Positions 62,489 through 64,000 of a stretch of DNA of 64,000 nucleotides are shown piece after piece. The position numbers and the translations under genes were made by a program. The first letter of the stretch is position 1; the number at the start of each line of letters is the position of its first letter. The notes below the pieces were generated by a model, which ran no database searches, had not been told where the DNA came from, and saw only the letters and a list, made by a program, of their open reading frames with translations. Source of the stretch: Felis catus (taxonomy: Eukaryota). Location: contig NC_058368.1 of the NCBI RefSeq assembly GCF_018350175.1, forward strand, positions 205,284,001 to 205,348,000, written 5' to 3'.

Positions 62489-63584
62489 CACATACAATGG
62501 AATATTAAGCCATTAAAAAAAAAAACAATGAAATCTTGCCATTTGCAACAACATGGATGGAACTGGAGAGTATAAATGCTAGCAAAATAAGACAGAGAAA
62601 GACAAATACCATATAATTTCACTCATATATGGAATTTAAGAAACAAAACAGCAAACAAAGGGAAAAAAGAGAGAGAGAAACCAAAAACAATCTCTTAATT
62701 ATAGAGAACTTACAGATGGTTACCAGAGGGGAGGTGGGGGAGAGGATGGGTGAAACAGGTGAAGGGGATTAGGAGCACACTTATCTTGATGAGCACTGAG
62801 TAATATACGGAACTGCTGAATCACTATATTGTACACCTGAAACAACAAAACACTGTACGCTAACTACACTGGAATTAAAATTTAAAATGTTTAAATTAAA
62901 AAAAAGAAGAGGAAAGAAATGAGGTTGGTTAATACACTTAGAAGAGACTTCAAGCAGGATAAAGGTACCATGCTACCTGAATCCTGTGTTACACAATGTT
63001 CCTATGTTCTCTTTGTCTTTCCCCCCCCCACCCCCCCGCCACCCACCATTATGTCCCTCCCCCAACCTCTCTTTCTTCCCCTCCCTCCCCTCTCACTTGC
63101 TGGCTTGCTACCCCCCTCTCATTCTTTGTTATATCAGCCTTCTCTGCTTACAATACAGTTATAAGGACCAGAGTTAAAGGTGAGAAAACTGACTCAGCAG
63201 ATGGAAGGTACCTGGAGCCAGCACTCACTTGCTGATTTAGACATCTAGAAGCAAATATTCCTGGTCAGTAGCAGCCCCAGCAAGGGATATTTGTGGCCAA
63301 ATTGGATGTCAATAATGGATGGCCAATTTAAGGACATAACTGTCTTGAATATTCCATACCTCATGAATGTCAAGTGCCTATTTGTTCCTTCCATCCCTCC
63401 CTATATTTGTTCAGTACACATAAACACTACTTAATTTATTTATGCCTAACATGTCCCACAAGTTACATGCTTTAGTTTTAAGAAAGACTATTCTTAAACA
63501 GTGCAGTAAATATAAACACGATTATCAAAATAACTATAATCATTAACACACCAGTGGATTATTCTTGTATTTTAAAAATATTGA

Positions 63585-63770
63585 GGGGCACCTGGGTGGC
63601 TCAGTCGGTTAAGCATCTGACTTCAGTCAGGTTGTGATCTCATGGTTTGTGAGTTCGAGCCCCATGTCCACTGTTAGTACAGAGCCTGCCTGGGATTTTC
63701 TCTCTCCCTCTCTCTGACCCTCCCCCACTTGCTCTCTCTCAAAATAAATAAACTTAAAAAAACAAAAATA
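63585..63770 (+). mobile_element. Can-SINE
   Basis: ggggcacctgggtggctcagtcggttaag head; TSD about aaaaat(a/g)tt(g/a)a. Confidence 0.9.
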
Positions 63771-64000
63771 AAAATGTTAATTGATCACCCATCATGTACT
63801 AATGACTGTTTTGGGTGCTGGAGATAAGACAATCACTAAAAGAAAACTAAAATTCTTACCCTTTCAGAGCTTACATTTTAGTGAAGATGCATGGTTAAGG
63901 AATACTACATCACATGTGCATGGGTATGGATATCTGCATATGCATTTACACAAGTGTATGTGTGAATACTTTTACATGCAAGCACGTGTGTGTTGCACAC

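Larger units (their letters stand above)
53885..62905 (+). mobile_element. Full-length older carnivore L1 with a nested L1 and SINEs
   Basis: 5'UTR, ORF1 (MRKHRNVSQVKEQDK at 55046), ORF2 EN (GDFNTPL), RT (ctatttgcagatgacatgata, about 60925), 3'UTR and A-tail; short aagagga TSD-like flanks. Confidence 0.9.

Overview
Repeat-dense mammalian genomic DNA, almost certainly from a felid, judging by the many cat-type tRNA-derived Can-SINEs (SINEC_Fc-like) and carnivore L1s. I find no intact protein-coding gene; most ORF-track entries are L1, SINE or simple-repeat artefacts. Recognisable content: three large L1 copies, several 3' L1 fragments, about 23 SINEs, a solo LTR with a 6-bp TSD, older MLT/MER elements, and three L1-mediated retrocopies (U6 snRNA, TMSB4X, TDP2). 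The main hidden signal lies in the non-repeat DNA: more than a dozen minus-strand exon-like segments from about 53.6 kb down to about 0.13 kb. Many have canonical splice sites and several have lengths divisible by 3. Their stop-interrupted peptides resemble RGS22/RGSL1-type RGS domains, which suggests a decayed multi-exon (unitary) pseudogene, with the TDP2 retrocopy inserted into one of its exons. The family assignment rests on remembered motifs and needs a homology search. The retroelements also show a probable L1 3' transduction, a twin-primed 5' inversion and a triplicated target site.
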